A stretch of 64,000 nt of DNA from Octopus sinensis (Eukaryota): NCBI RefSeq assembly GCF_006345805.1, contig NC_042997.1, positions 6,262,001-6,326,000 of the forward strand, written 5' to 3'. This document shows, one piece after another, positions 40,591 through 53,010 of this stretch (the stretch's first letter is position 1; the number at the start of each line of letters is the position of its first letter). Position numbers and translations under genes: made by a program. The notes under the pieces were generated by a model. It was not told the DNA's origin. It saw nothing but the letters and a program-made list of their open reading frames with translations, and did not search any database.

Positions 40591-40739
40591 GACATTTAGT
40601 TATCTCAAGGCTCCCATAAGAATGCGCTGATAGCTGAGTTCCTGCTGAGAAATGCTTTATGAATACACAGATAGACTCAGACAGACACACAGCTATCAGC
40701 GCATTCTTATGGGAGCCTTGCGATAACTAAATATCTTCA
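40587..40739. repeat. Inverted repeat, 50-bp arms (40587-40636 / 40690-40739)
   Basis: TGAAGACATTTAGTTATCTCAAGGCTCCCATAAGAATGCGCTGATAGCTG pairs with CAGCTATCAGCGCATTCTTATGGGAGCCTTGCGATAACTAAATATCTTCA, with two mismatches. Confidence 0.92.
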
Positions 40740-41335
40740 GTTTGGCAACTCCAGGTAAAATCAGTGTGTAAATATTTCGAGCAATATCATAGAATGCAAA
40801 TAATAACATGAATAATGAAATTGGCACATTTTTATATTTTTGATATATTTGTTTTGGCACAATACCAGAGTGCACGTGTTGATGTTCTACTGAGAAAGTT
40901 CTTCTTCAGAATACTCAATGGAAAATATTGTACATATTTTCATTTGGAATCGGTTACATGCTAAGTTTTAAGAAGTACAATGGTAGAGAAGCAATTGTAA
41001 CTAATAATATAAATGCGCGATATTCATTTTTCCATTTCACACGCGATAAAAACACACAAACGGGTGCGCGCGTGTACACTCACACATAAACACCCCCCAC
41101 ACTTATTTATATGCAAAAACGGGGCGTTTTTCAGCATGTTAAAGAAGTCAAATATCTAGATAGTGAAGATATCGAGATTTATACCGAACGAAAGGGAAGA
41201 ATTTAATAATATTTGTATTTTCAGGTGCAAAACGCCCAACATCAAAATTAAAAAAGAGTCAAAAACTGACAGTATATTTGCTACTGGTCATGCTGATGTC
41301 ATCAACGTGCCCAGAGACATAAGAGCAATGAGCAG

Positions 41336-41422
<87 letters not shown>

Positions 41423-41496
41423 ATATCTATCTATCTATCTATCCATCAGTCTATCTATCAATCCATCAGTCTATCTATATATCTATCTATCTATCT
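41336..41496. repeat. (TATC)n microsatellite
   Basis: Read directly. Confidence 0.95.
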
Positions 41497-41499
41497 AGC

Positions 41500-42075
41500 A
41501 TAAGAAACACAGCACTATAAACTTTCGCATACCCACCTGAATAAGGGAAAATAAGATATTCGACCTAATCTTTATCACCAACAGAGATTTCATTCACAAT
41601 GTCGAAGTCACTCCAACAGCCATTTCCGACTACAACATTTTACATCTATCTGTATATCGTCCAAAGAATGCAACACATGCAAATAACATCAGATATGATT
41701 CACTCTTTACGAATCTGAATTTTAAAAACTCCAAGTGGAAGGAAATCGAAACTGAAAATCCTGAAAACACGTTACTCAGTATGACGGCAAAGCCAGTGCT
41801 AATGAGTGAATTAATATTCTGTACAAAGAGCTAATCAGGATCTGTCGAAGGCATATCCCATATAAACACGTCTGCAAGAATATGATTCCATGACATAGAG
41901 GGACATAGGTCTGCAACAGAACCAAACTAACAAAACAGCTAAGGAAACAAATTCTCTTGACAGATCAGATTGAGAAAAAGTAAGAAAATAAAGTACATCG
42001 AACTGGACCCAAAACTATCATTACTAAACAAAAATCAGCCGCACATAATCAGATTGGACCACTAACAGATCTGTA
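41500..42075 (+). mobile_element. Decayed CR1-group LINE fragment (APE endonuclease C-terminus and linker)
   Basis: IFDLIFITNRDFIHNVEVTPTAISDYNIL corresponds to the LDL...SDH endonuclease motif. Multiple stops. Confidence 0.7.
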
Positions 42076-43011
42076 GAAGATGCATGCTCACTCATTACCT
42101 TTAGCTATCCACATTGTGAGCCTTTGCTTTTGTATATCGATTTTGGCATTTGCAAGATAGATTAGCGAAACATCCCAACATCGTCTATTTAATGGCCCCT
42201 TATTTACAGCTAATTTCTTAGGGATGTGTGTTTGTTGCAAGCGAGTTTTAGTCTTCGACACGAAAGCAGTTTATACCTCTTTGCAGCTTTAGCAATGAAA
42301 GATTTGTAACCAGAATTTTGACGCTATGTTTTGCGTTTATTTCTAACAATTATCTTCAACTTTGAATAACATTTTAAAGCTAATTACCGTTTTACTTGCG
42401 TTTCACTTTAGCGTCGAAAATAAAAGTTGCAGTGCAGTCGACTTTAACTTGCCTTTGTATTTTCTTAATGATATTCATCGTGACTCATTTAAATCAGAAG
42501 ACATTTTATTATCAGGGCTTAAACCACATTGCATTCATTTAACCACATCGCTAGTGAACAAAATCGACCATATACCAATGATTCATCAAAGATATGCACA
42601 CTCTTGAGTCAAGGGTATAACAGTGCATTTTATCAAACTGTATTCAAGAATATAAAACATTAGATAAACGAGTTCTTACATCCCAAACTCAGCTAGAGAA
42701 AATAATAATATGATAAATAGAAGCCACTAAAAATGTCACTGCACAAATGTGGGCAATAACGAAACTGGCATCGTTGTAGTCGTAACAACCAGGTTTAAGA
42801 AATTCGATGGTGAAACCGGAATTCCTAAAGAGAGAGAATAGGATCAGGAAGCAAAGTATTATGAACAGCGAGGATTTTGAGATTAGAAGATTAATGTTAA
42901 TTACTATATAAGAAACTGTGAGACCCTTGACAATTAGCGGTTCCTCGCTGTTATAGATTTAGCCAGAGCATGTGTAATCGTGAGCTATGTGAAATGGAAA
43001 TAATTATAATA

Positions 43012-43190
43012 ATGATTTTAAAGTTTTGGCACAAGGACAGTAGTTTCGTGGTAGTGGTAGAGTCGATTATATTGACCCTAGTTCTCAATTGATACGTATT
43101 TTATCGATCCCGAAAAGAATGATAAGCAAAGTCGACCTTGGTGGAATTTGAACTCAGAGCATGAAGACGGACGAAATAGCGCAAAGCATT
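43012..43190 (-). mobile_element. SINE (family of 3973-4292)
   Basis: Contains GCAAAGTCGACCTTGGTGGAATTTGAACTCAGAGC. Confidence 0.8.
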
Positions 43191-43679
43191 TTAATAATAA
43201 TGATGATGATAATGAAGACGACGAGGATGATTTCAAAAAAAAAAAAACAATAGCAACAGCCGTCTTTATAAACTAATACATAATATGTAATAATTGAATA
43301 GAGGATATTTGTAATTTCTTTTATACACAATTGATGTACACAGCAACAATGATAATTGTTACAATTTCAATTCTGCTGATTTCTGCATTGAAATCAAGGA
43401 CATATTTTAAATGGATGACGACCAGGAATTTTGTAATGATGAATTCGGTGATGGGGGAGGAGAAGATACAGGTGAGAGTGATTTAAGGTCCTCTAATGAT
43501 GTTCCTCATTGATAAAGATGCTGATGACGAAAGTTAACATTCTAAATGTTATTTGTGCAACAAATTAAACACCAAGTGACAGTATTAATGGTTATAGTGC
43601 AACTGCGATTTAAGATAGACTGCTAATAATTATGATAGTTGCGATAGGAATGTTAAAAAAAAGTAATTGTTTATAAATG

Positions 43680-44295
43680 ACTTTATGATTATGCAGATAT
43701 TGATGACAACAAGAGCAATAACAGTAACAACGATTATGATAATGTGAATGAGGTTCCTCACTCCCACCACCAACAATATCTTTTTCATCACTATAATCAT
43801 CTACACCACCAGCTTCATTGACGTTAGTTATAGCACTAACAGCTTTAACAGTTTCAACATAATCATTATGATCATCATCACCATCATCATCATCATCGTC
43901 GTCGTCGTCGTCATTCTCATCGTCATCATCATAAACATCATCATTGCTTTTGTCAATAACTTTCTTATCATCGTTTTTAAAGTTATCACCACAATTATAG
44001 CCACCACCGCCACTAGAATCATCATTATCACGAACTTCATCACCATCAGCCATCGGCGAAGTAGCCGTTGGCGTTGTCGTGGTGGTGACGGTCGTCGTCA
44101 ACATCATCATCCTGATCTTCATCATCATCATCATCATCATCGTCGTCGTTATCATCACCATCCTGATCTTCATCATCATCATCATCATCGTCGTCGTCAT
44201 CATCATCATAATCATCATCTTCGTCGTCGTTGTCATCGTCGTCTTCGTCGTCGTCATCGTCATCATAGTCATAATGAAGCTCTGTACGACGACAT
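43680..44295. repeat. (CAT)n/(CGT)n trinucleotide low-complexity region with an internal ~55-60 bp duplication
   Basis: Read directly; it explains the His/Arg-, Asp- and Met-rich ORFs on both strands. Confidence 0.9.
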
Positions 44296-44960
44296 ACATT
44301 TTAAGAACGTCTTAAAATAAATTCATCACCAGACATGTTTAAATGTATACCATGCAATCTCGGGAACTTCCCAGGTTTTTCGTATATTCTCTAATTCATG
44401 ACATTCTCCCTTGTAGTGCCCACCGTAAGATACCATAGACTATGACCACCCTATCCTTCTCTATCTCATGCATCGGATCTATATTAGAAAAACATATAAA
44501 TGGTTTGTTTCGGCGTATAGCAAAAATATTTCATACTGGCTTGAAGTTATGTCCTCGCTATATAATACCAATTATCTAATAACACAACTTGTGATATGTT
44601 CGGCTTAGATTTTAGCAGAGCAACATTTGAGATATAGTGTGATATATACAACTTCTAAGGGAACTTTTATATTACATTAGAAACCGCAAGAAATCGTACA
44701 ATACGTTCTTTAAATTGCAGACCATATCTATTTTGAAATAGATATAATATTTATTTGATATTGCAACCTGAAATAAGAAGTCTAAAAGCGAGAATGATCA
44801 TATCTATATCTATACTAATACAAAATTCGAAAACATACCAGCTATGGAAATTGCTTGGTTTCATATTAGGGATATTTTTTATTTTAATTTTTTTATTTTG
44901 TACGAGGTACAATAGTTGTCAAAAGTTGCAGTGTGTTGTGTTAAGGCACAAGTGTCAGTA

Positions 44961-45170
44961 TAATAATCATTTCTACTATAGGCACAAGGCCTGGAATTTG
45001 CGGGGAGCGGATATGTCGATTACATCAACCGCAGTGCGCAACTGTTACTTATTGCATCGAACCCGAAAGGATGAAGGGCAAAGTTGATCTCGGCGGAATT
45101 TGAACTCAGAACGTAAGACGGACGAAATACTTCTAAGAATTTTGCCCGGCGTGCTAACGTTTCTGCTAGT
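44961..45170 (-). mobile_element. SINE (family of 3973-4292)
   Basis: Contains CCCGAAAGGATGAAGGGCAAAGTTGATCTCGGCGGAATTTGAACTCAGAACG...GCCCGGCGTGCTAACG. Confidence 0.85.
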
Positions 45171-45679
45171 GGAAAATAGTAGAGACATTTAGGCCAAAGT
45201 AAAATGAAGCAAGTTAAACGTAACTTAAAGGTGGCTCATATTTTTAGATGCAAGATTTCTATAACATTACTTCTTTCCACAAACGGAATTTTCTACTTAT
45301 GCAAAGATATGTTCAAATTTCATTTGTCGAAATAGACGCACCACCCCCTCCAGATTCAATGGTAATCTCGCAGATTTGGCCACCTCACCATTCAATTATT
45401 CGATTCCAGCTATATGATTTATGTTTTCTCAGGACAAAGTGGACGCAACCCCTGATATTCTTTCAGTTGCCCCCTTTCTGGTTCATTTTATTCCCCCTCT
45501 TTTCTCGACCAACTTTTGTATCAGCCTTCATCAATTTTTTCTCGTCTTCTCAGATGTACCAGCATTCAGGTTTTGAAATAGGATAAAATATGAGCAATGA
45601 ACCAGACAGGTATGCCACAGCACACGAGACGCGTTTTATACAAAGAAACAGACGCAGTCAGACAGACAGGCACAAAGAG

Positions 45680-45731
<52 letters not shown>

Positions 45732-45742
45732 ACACACACACA

Positions 45743-45809
<67 letters not shown>

Positions 45810-46140
45810 TATATATATAATATATATATATATATACGGTTGTGTCTGGGGAGAATCATTTTCTATTAGTGCTTTATAATTTAACATACTCACCGGTAAA
45901 ATTTTCACATTTCATTTACGTTTTTCAACAGACGAACTCACATAAAGAATCTTGCAAACCAAAGCCCAGAAGGATGTAACTGGGGTTCTTATGTGTACAC
46001 ATATTTCTCAGCATATTGGCATAGCATTTTTTTTTCTTTTACCCTTATTTATAATTGTTTAACATTTTCAACTTTAAAGCTATTCTAAAATGCAGGCTAC
46101 ATGATGAATATTTAAAATGAAATTATCTTATATTAGAAGT

Positions 46141-46215
<75 letters not shown>

Positions 46216-46399
46216 CTGTGTGTGTGTGTGTGTGTGTAATATATGAGATTCAAAATTCTACTGACATATCTTCCGGTACTTTTTCAAAATATTCTTCACC
46301 TAATTTTAAATCACCTTAAAATTAAGCGTTAAATTAATCATTAAAAAATTAACCTTTACAAAATTAAGAATTAATATAAATTATCTTACATATATCAAA

Positions 46400-48800
46400 T
46401 TTCTAAAATCATGTATACACTGTGAAGAATAGAATATAAAATGATACATCAAAATAAATGTGTCTATGGTCAAATGTTGAATATAATGTGAAAAATAAAG
46501 AAACATATCCTTTTTGATATAATCAGTATGTCATTCAAAATGGGGATTAGAGGAAGTGAAAATAGCAGAGCAGCATGGGATATTATATGTGATTAGTTCC
46601 AAGGACGGTAATTACACTATGCAGAGTTTAAATTAAATTATCTCCTCTTATTATCTTTTATCCAAATATGTTGAGGGATATATTTACCTTGTGACAATAT
46701 GATGTTTCTTATTATTTAAATTATATATTTATTTGATTATTTACATAATATATTCAACTGCTGTAGAGATCAAGAGTGTGTGGTGATTAGAATCTAGGTT
46801 GGGGGTTCAGTATTTTCTTCTGCTGAAAGTAAAATTACTCTGCTGTTTACATTTCACTCCTCTTTCCGTATGTGTTGAGGAATTCATTTCTAGCCTGTGG
46901 TAGTTTCATAAATTCTGTTATAAACACTAAACACATTTTATTCGCAATATCGTAAGAGTGGGCTCTACATATTATACTCCAACAAAGTGTGCAATCTCTT
47001 TTTTCTAGATTTCAATTCCCAGGTATATTTACTTGAACATTTGGACTTACTTAAATTAGGATTTTAGAAAGATTGGTAGTGATGGGAGATACTTTAAATA
47101 TTAGGGCCTAGGGTTTCTATATAGAAAGAACACAATGCAGTAAATTACTTAGATGTCAACCTTAATCTTGCCACTCATAAGATATATCTATTCCATAAGT
47201 TGAATGAAAATGTAACGTACATTAGTTCTTTAAGTAACCATCTAAGATCAGTTAAAGAAGCTTTAATCGAAATGTTTAGGTAAAATAATATCTATGCTAT
47301 CCTCTCATTATGACAATTTTAATAAACATGCCCCATATATTAAGTCATTAAAAGAAGCAGGATATAACTAATATGAACTAATTTTATTATTATGAACACC
47401 TTAATAATATAGCAGGTACTCCTTATAACTCTAACAGCAAAAATATGAATAATAATAAGAATATAAATACAGAAAATACAATGCAAATATTATTAATGAT
47501 TACAATAATTATAGTCATATTTGAGAATGACCAATAATGAAAAACATAGGAAATTATACAAGCGGAGATAAAATACACCTAAGAATAACACGTCAATACC
47601 GGTAATGTCCAATAATGATAATGTGAAAAAAAAACTATCAAAAGGATACAATATGCTTAATTATTCCATAGGGGGTTCAAGTGATGACTAATATCATTAA
47701 GGAGACACTAAAAATTGTAAAAGTGTATTTTAAAAAGGACAACATTTATTCAAATATATTTTCTAATAAAACCATAACAATGGACTACTCAACATCGAGG
47801 AATGTTAGTATTATAATTTCCTCTATAAATAATGAGAAATTAAATAAATTTTATAATAGCTCTTGCCATAATATAACCGATCTTGGTGGAAGTCTTAATC
47901 GACGAATTGATAAATGTACATGTCGTAATAAGACAAAATATAAGTTCTATAATAACTGTAATAATGATAATGTAATTTATAAATATATAGTAAGCTCTAA
48001 GAAAAATAAGAAAATATATAAATAAGGGTTATATAGGATCTACGGCTAATGAAATTTAAGAGAGTTTCTCCCAGCACGGCCAGATATTCAAAAGTCCTAA
48101 TTTAAGTAAGTTCACAAATTTACGTAAATATATATGGGAATTGAAATCTACAAAAAAAGATTACACACTTAGTGGGAGAATAATAGGTAGAGTCCACTCT
48201 TATAGTACTAGGAATAAAAATGTGTTTATTAAGTATAAGACAATTTATGAAATGAATACACTCTAGAGAAAAAGTACTAAATAGATACTTTGAAAGAGGT
48301 GTTAAATGTAGACATCACAGTAATTTTACTTCCAGTAATCACCACACACACTTGATCTCTATTGTAGTTGAATATATTATATAAATAATAAAATAAATAA
48401 ATTAATATAAATATTACGAAACATTATATTGTCACAAATTAAACATATTTGGATAGAAGATAATAATAGAAGATAATTTAATTTAAACTATGCATAGTGT
48501 AATTACCGTTCATAGAACTAATCACCTGTAAATTCCCATAGTGCTCTGCCATTTTCACTGCCTCAAATAGCAATTTTGAATGAAATCCTGATTCTATTAA
48601 AGAGGATATGTATCTTTATTTTTTGCATATTCCACATTTAACCACAGACATATTTATTCTAATGTATCATTATACACATTATATTTGACATTCTATACTT
48701 GGCTTTATATTTTGATATATTTAAATTAATTTATTTTTGTAATTTATTATTTATAATTTATAACTTATATTATAATGTTCCAATACTGAAACACGTGTAC
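46400..48800. mobile_element. Older Penelope-like element with inverted duplication: arms ~46400-47070 (-) and ~48090-48700 (+), spacer is the plus-strand ORF remnant
   Basis: The spacer encodes NYLDVNLNL, SNH and CTCRNKTK...VIYK...YIGST (GIY-YIG). The arms match as reverse complements, e.g. CGGTAATTACACTATGCAGAGTTTAAATTAAATTATC vs GATAATTTAATTTAAACTATGCATAGTGTAATTACCG. Confidence 0.8.
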
Positions 48801-49639
48801 TTCTTTCATTATGATAATTTATTTTAAGCAGCAGATAATTAAGGAAGTATATTTTATACCCTGCTGCTGAACTGGTTATATCTTGTATTATTTCTTCATG
48901 TGCATATAGTTACCACGAGTTTAACTTTAGTTTTACGCGTTATGTTATTTTTTTCATAATATGAAGTAGAACATCCACATATTTATTAATCCCCAAAACT
49001 ACATACATACATACATTCATAAATACATATATATATATACACAAATTATAAATTATAAATTTAATGAAAGAAAATAGAGAAGAAAAGAATGTAATACATG
49101 ATGCATGGTTCTTTTTATTTGTATCACAATAGAAAAGCGATGCAAACAAAAGAATTAAAAGAGATACCTATAAGAATAAATACAAAAGGAACCAGATAAA
49201 CTAAACAACCAAAAAATATCCGAAAAAATCCTACATATGTCTCCGTCCGACACTATGTTTGAACCATCAATATTTTCGCTTCTACAGATGTAATAAACGA
49301 TCCACTGCCGGATATCACCAGGGAAAAGTGAATTGTATTTCCCTGACTTCAATTGCAAAATTATTTATTTCAGGACTATCTTCAAACTTAAACAAATCCT
49401 TATTATATATGCAATAATTGAGAGCGAAGATAGTGTACACTAAACTATATTTACCACAACGATCGTTTCGACTTACAATTGCACTACTCGCTACTGTGTG
49501 GCAGTATTTAATGGGAAGCGAAATACATATATTAAAATACTGTAACGTATTGTGTAACCTGATGATTTCCATTTGCACAATGGGGTGCATTCTGTTCCAT
49601 TATATCGCTCCCACCCATTATTGAGAAGTGTAATAATCG

Positions 49640-50905
49640 TCGTGCTTATAATAAAGCTTACAGTACTACCTCTCTTCCCCATCAATCATTTACAAAATAC
49701 AAATCTTGCACCGACGAATTACTTACATAGATCCTGCGACTAAAGTGCAGTACCACCGATGACACTTGATAGCCATACGCGGTGAACGTGATCTTAATGC
49801 ACAATACTACGTTCATACATAATGCAAAGTTTGGGCATATATAAGTGATGTCGGAAACACAAGTTGAAAAGACATTAAGGCCAGTCTTGCAAGAGATATC
49901 CCACCTTGCAAGGGGAAGTGCAGCTTCAGGAGGTAGAAAGACTAGACTGCACTCAGCCATACCATTATAAACCGAAGTGGTGCTTCTACTCATATACCTT
50001 GGGAGACGGGCTTCCAGGGTTAGGGTAGAAGACATACCACCATAAATTAATCTAACCTGGCTAGTGGCAGCCATACTGCTAAGCATGGAAATGAAGGTGG
50101 TGGTCTTGCAGTCCACCAGGACACCCTACAGAAACTAGCAAAGGTAGAGTCTGGACATGGCGGTACAGGTTAACCCAGAAGATATTGAAAGTATGGTGGA
50201 AACAATTACGATCGCACACGTGATGCTGAATGTCAGTGGAAATGAGTATTCCACGGTTTTATAAATGTGACTTGAAAGGCCTCATTAGAGAAGATTGTGT
50301 GAAGACTAAAGAAAGTGAAGAGATTGAGAAAGTTGTTTGTGCTCCACTGCCCGGGGTGGATGAGGAAAAGCACGAGAAGGATTGTGAAGAGGCACCATAG
50401 AAAAGACCACTACCAGCGTCAAGGAAGAGGAGATAAACACCAGCTGGGAAACGGCGAGAAAAAAGGGAAGAAAGAGGACACACGTGGTAAAGAACGACTC
50501 CCAGCCAACGACCACCTGTATCCAACTCACACCCACTCTACCCAAGTCACCCATGAAAAAAACCACCCCTACCCATACCCCGCATGAACTAAATACAACT
50601 ACGAACACCCAGGAGCCCTCAAATGTCCCCAACGTGGCCCATGGATAAATTTGTTATAATTATATAACAGGAATAAAATACTTTGCAACGAGATAAAGAC
50701 ATGGGGAAAAAGCAATGGAAGTGGACATAACAAGGGCAGTAGGGTTGCCCGAGGACGTTTTCTGTGCGGTGGCGGACCCGGAATACCTCACAGGATTGAT
50801 AAATTACGAAGACGAAAATGATTTCGATTGGTGTGTTACGAAAATTGACACCGGCAAAATATCTAAAAGGGTAAGTTATGAATACATTTTAATGGAATAT
50901 ACGTA
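49640..50905 (+). mobile_element. Decayed ORF1 region of a Tx1/L1-like LINE, related to 18.1-19.4 kb
   Basis: Contains YLGRRASRVRVEDIPP...WLVAAILL, a degenerate knuckle PRFYKCDLKGLIREDC and a Lys/Glu/Thr-rich tail. Confidence 0.6.
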
Positions 50906-51865
50906 GGCATTTCACATAGACACTTTACATAGACACACCTCACAAGGCTGTCAAGCGGCGGTGGAAGACGAAAGACGGAGACACGATACACACACAAACA
51001 AATATATGTACGACGAGCTCTTTCAGTAGGATTGCATGTGTATGTTTATACGTATAAGTAATGTAAATCATTTATACATGAATTGTGTTGTGATGCAGCT
51101 AAAACCAAATTCTTGTTCACCTGTTAAAATTATTTAGGCGCGTTCGGGATAACCACAATATATATTTCGCTCGACTACTTGTTCAAAGGATTGTTCATAT
51201 TCATTTTTTATTCTTTGTGTTTGAATTTATTTTATATTTTAGAAAAAAATTAAACTTATTCTAAATAGCTTAGCATTGCACAAGGTTTATTTTAGGCCTA
51301 AAGGTAAATATGCAAGTACAAGGAAATAAGATGACAAAAGAATAAAGGATTATCCTGTGAATGTCATACAGACTGGAGCTGCTGTCCACTCTACTGAATT
51401 AAAATATATTCGAAATGTTGTATTTCAATTGAGAAAGAAAACAATTCCGTCAGTTTCCTAGTTTATCTAATTAGAAAAAGAAGCATATATTTATGTACAC
51501 TATGACCGGCTGTTCATAATGTATAAATTCAATTCTAGAAGCCTAACCTCCAAAGAACTATGGTCGTAATTCCAACCACACGTAATTAAATTCCAATGAT
51601 AAAACGGGATTCAATGTTATTGAAGATATTTAGTTCTAATTACTTTACAATACAATACACACCTTTAGAATCCTATTTCCTCATCTAGCGTATAACTAGT
51701 CTACGCAGACACCAAATTCCAAATGAATTCAATGTAAACAATAACTTTTTCTCGTCTCCACAGTAGTTACCATTCCAGGAAACGATGAAATTCAGAACAT
51801 ACTGCCAAATGTTACCTGTATGTGAGTGTCTGTGTTTGTGCATTTTTATGTACACACACAAGCGC

Positions 51866-51880
51866 ACACACATATATGTT

Positions 51881-51937
<57 letters not shown>

Positions 51938-52010
51938 TATATATATATACATATATATACATACATAGATATATATAATATACATATATATATAATATAT
52001 ATATATATAC

Positions 52011-52041
<31 letters not shown>

Positions 52042-52346
52042 CATATATATACATACTATATATATACATATATATACATACATAGATATATATTTATACA
52101 TATATACCTATATATACATACATATATATTTATACATACATATATATATATATATATACATACATACCTATATATATATACATACATATATATTTATACA
52201 TACATATATATATACATATATATATATACATACATATATGTATATATATACAAAGCAATAAAGGGTTAGCAACGAATTGCCTTACCACATACCGAATTTA
52301 GAAATAGCAGTCAAAGAGTTATAGCTATTTCTTCTACTAAAAAGAA

Positions 52347-52442
<96 letters not shown>

Positions 52443-52518
52443 ACATATATATATATACACACATATATATATATATATATATCATACATATATATATATA
52501 TATCATATATATATATAT

Positions 52519-52577
<59 letters not shown>

Positions 52578-52578
52578 C

Positions 52579-52609
<31 letters not shown>

Positions 52610-52844
52610 CATATATATACATATATATTATATATATATATATATATATAGATATATATTTATACATACATACCTATATATACATACATATATATTTATA
52701 CATATATACCTATATATATATACATACATACCTATATATATACATACATATATATTTATACATACATATATATATACATATATATATACATACATATATG
52801 TATATATATACATATATATATATATATATACATATATATAATAC

Positions 52845-52875
<31 letters not shown>

Positions 52876-52913
52876 CATATATATAATATATACATATATA
52901 TATATATACATAT

Positions 52914-52983
<70 letters not shown>

Positions 52984-53010
52984 GCATATATACAAATGTA
53001 TATATATGCT
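51866..53010. repeat. Large compound (TA)n/(TACA)n block interrupted by a pLTR-end fragment (52255-52345)
   Basis: Read directly; the insert resembles 39157-39250. Confidence 0.9.

Noticed and set aside
43411-43477. Plus-strand ATG...ACAG|GTGAGA mini-exon (MDDDQEFCNDEFGDGGGEDT)
   Set aside because: It lies in a GAT-rich low-complexity context and no partner exon was found.
43610-44320. 229-aa and 190-aa Asp/His/Met-rich ORFs
   Set aside because: They result from (CAT)n/(CGT)n trinucleotide repeats open on both strands, with no domain or splice support.
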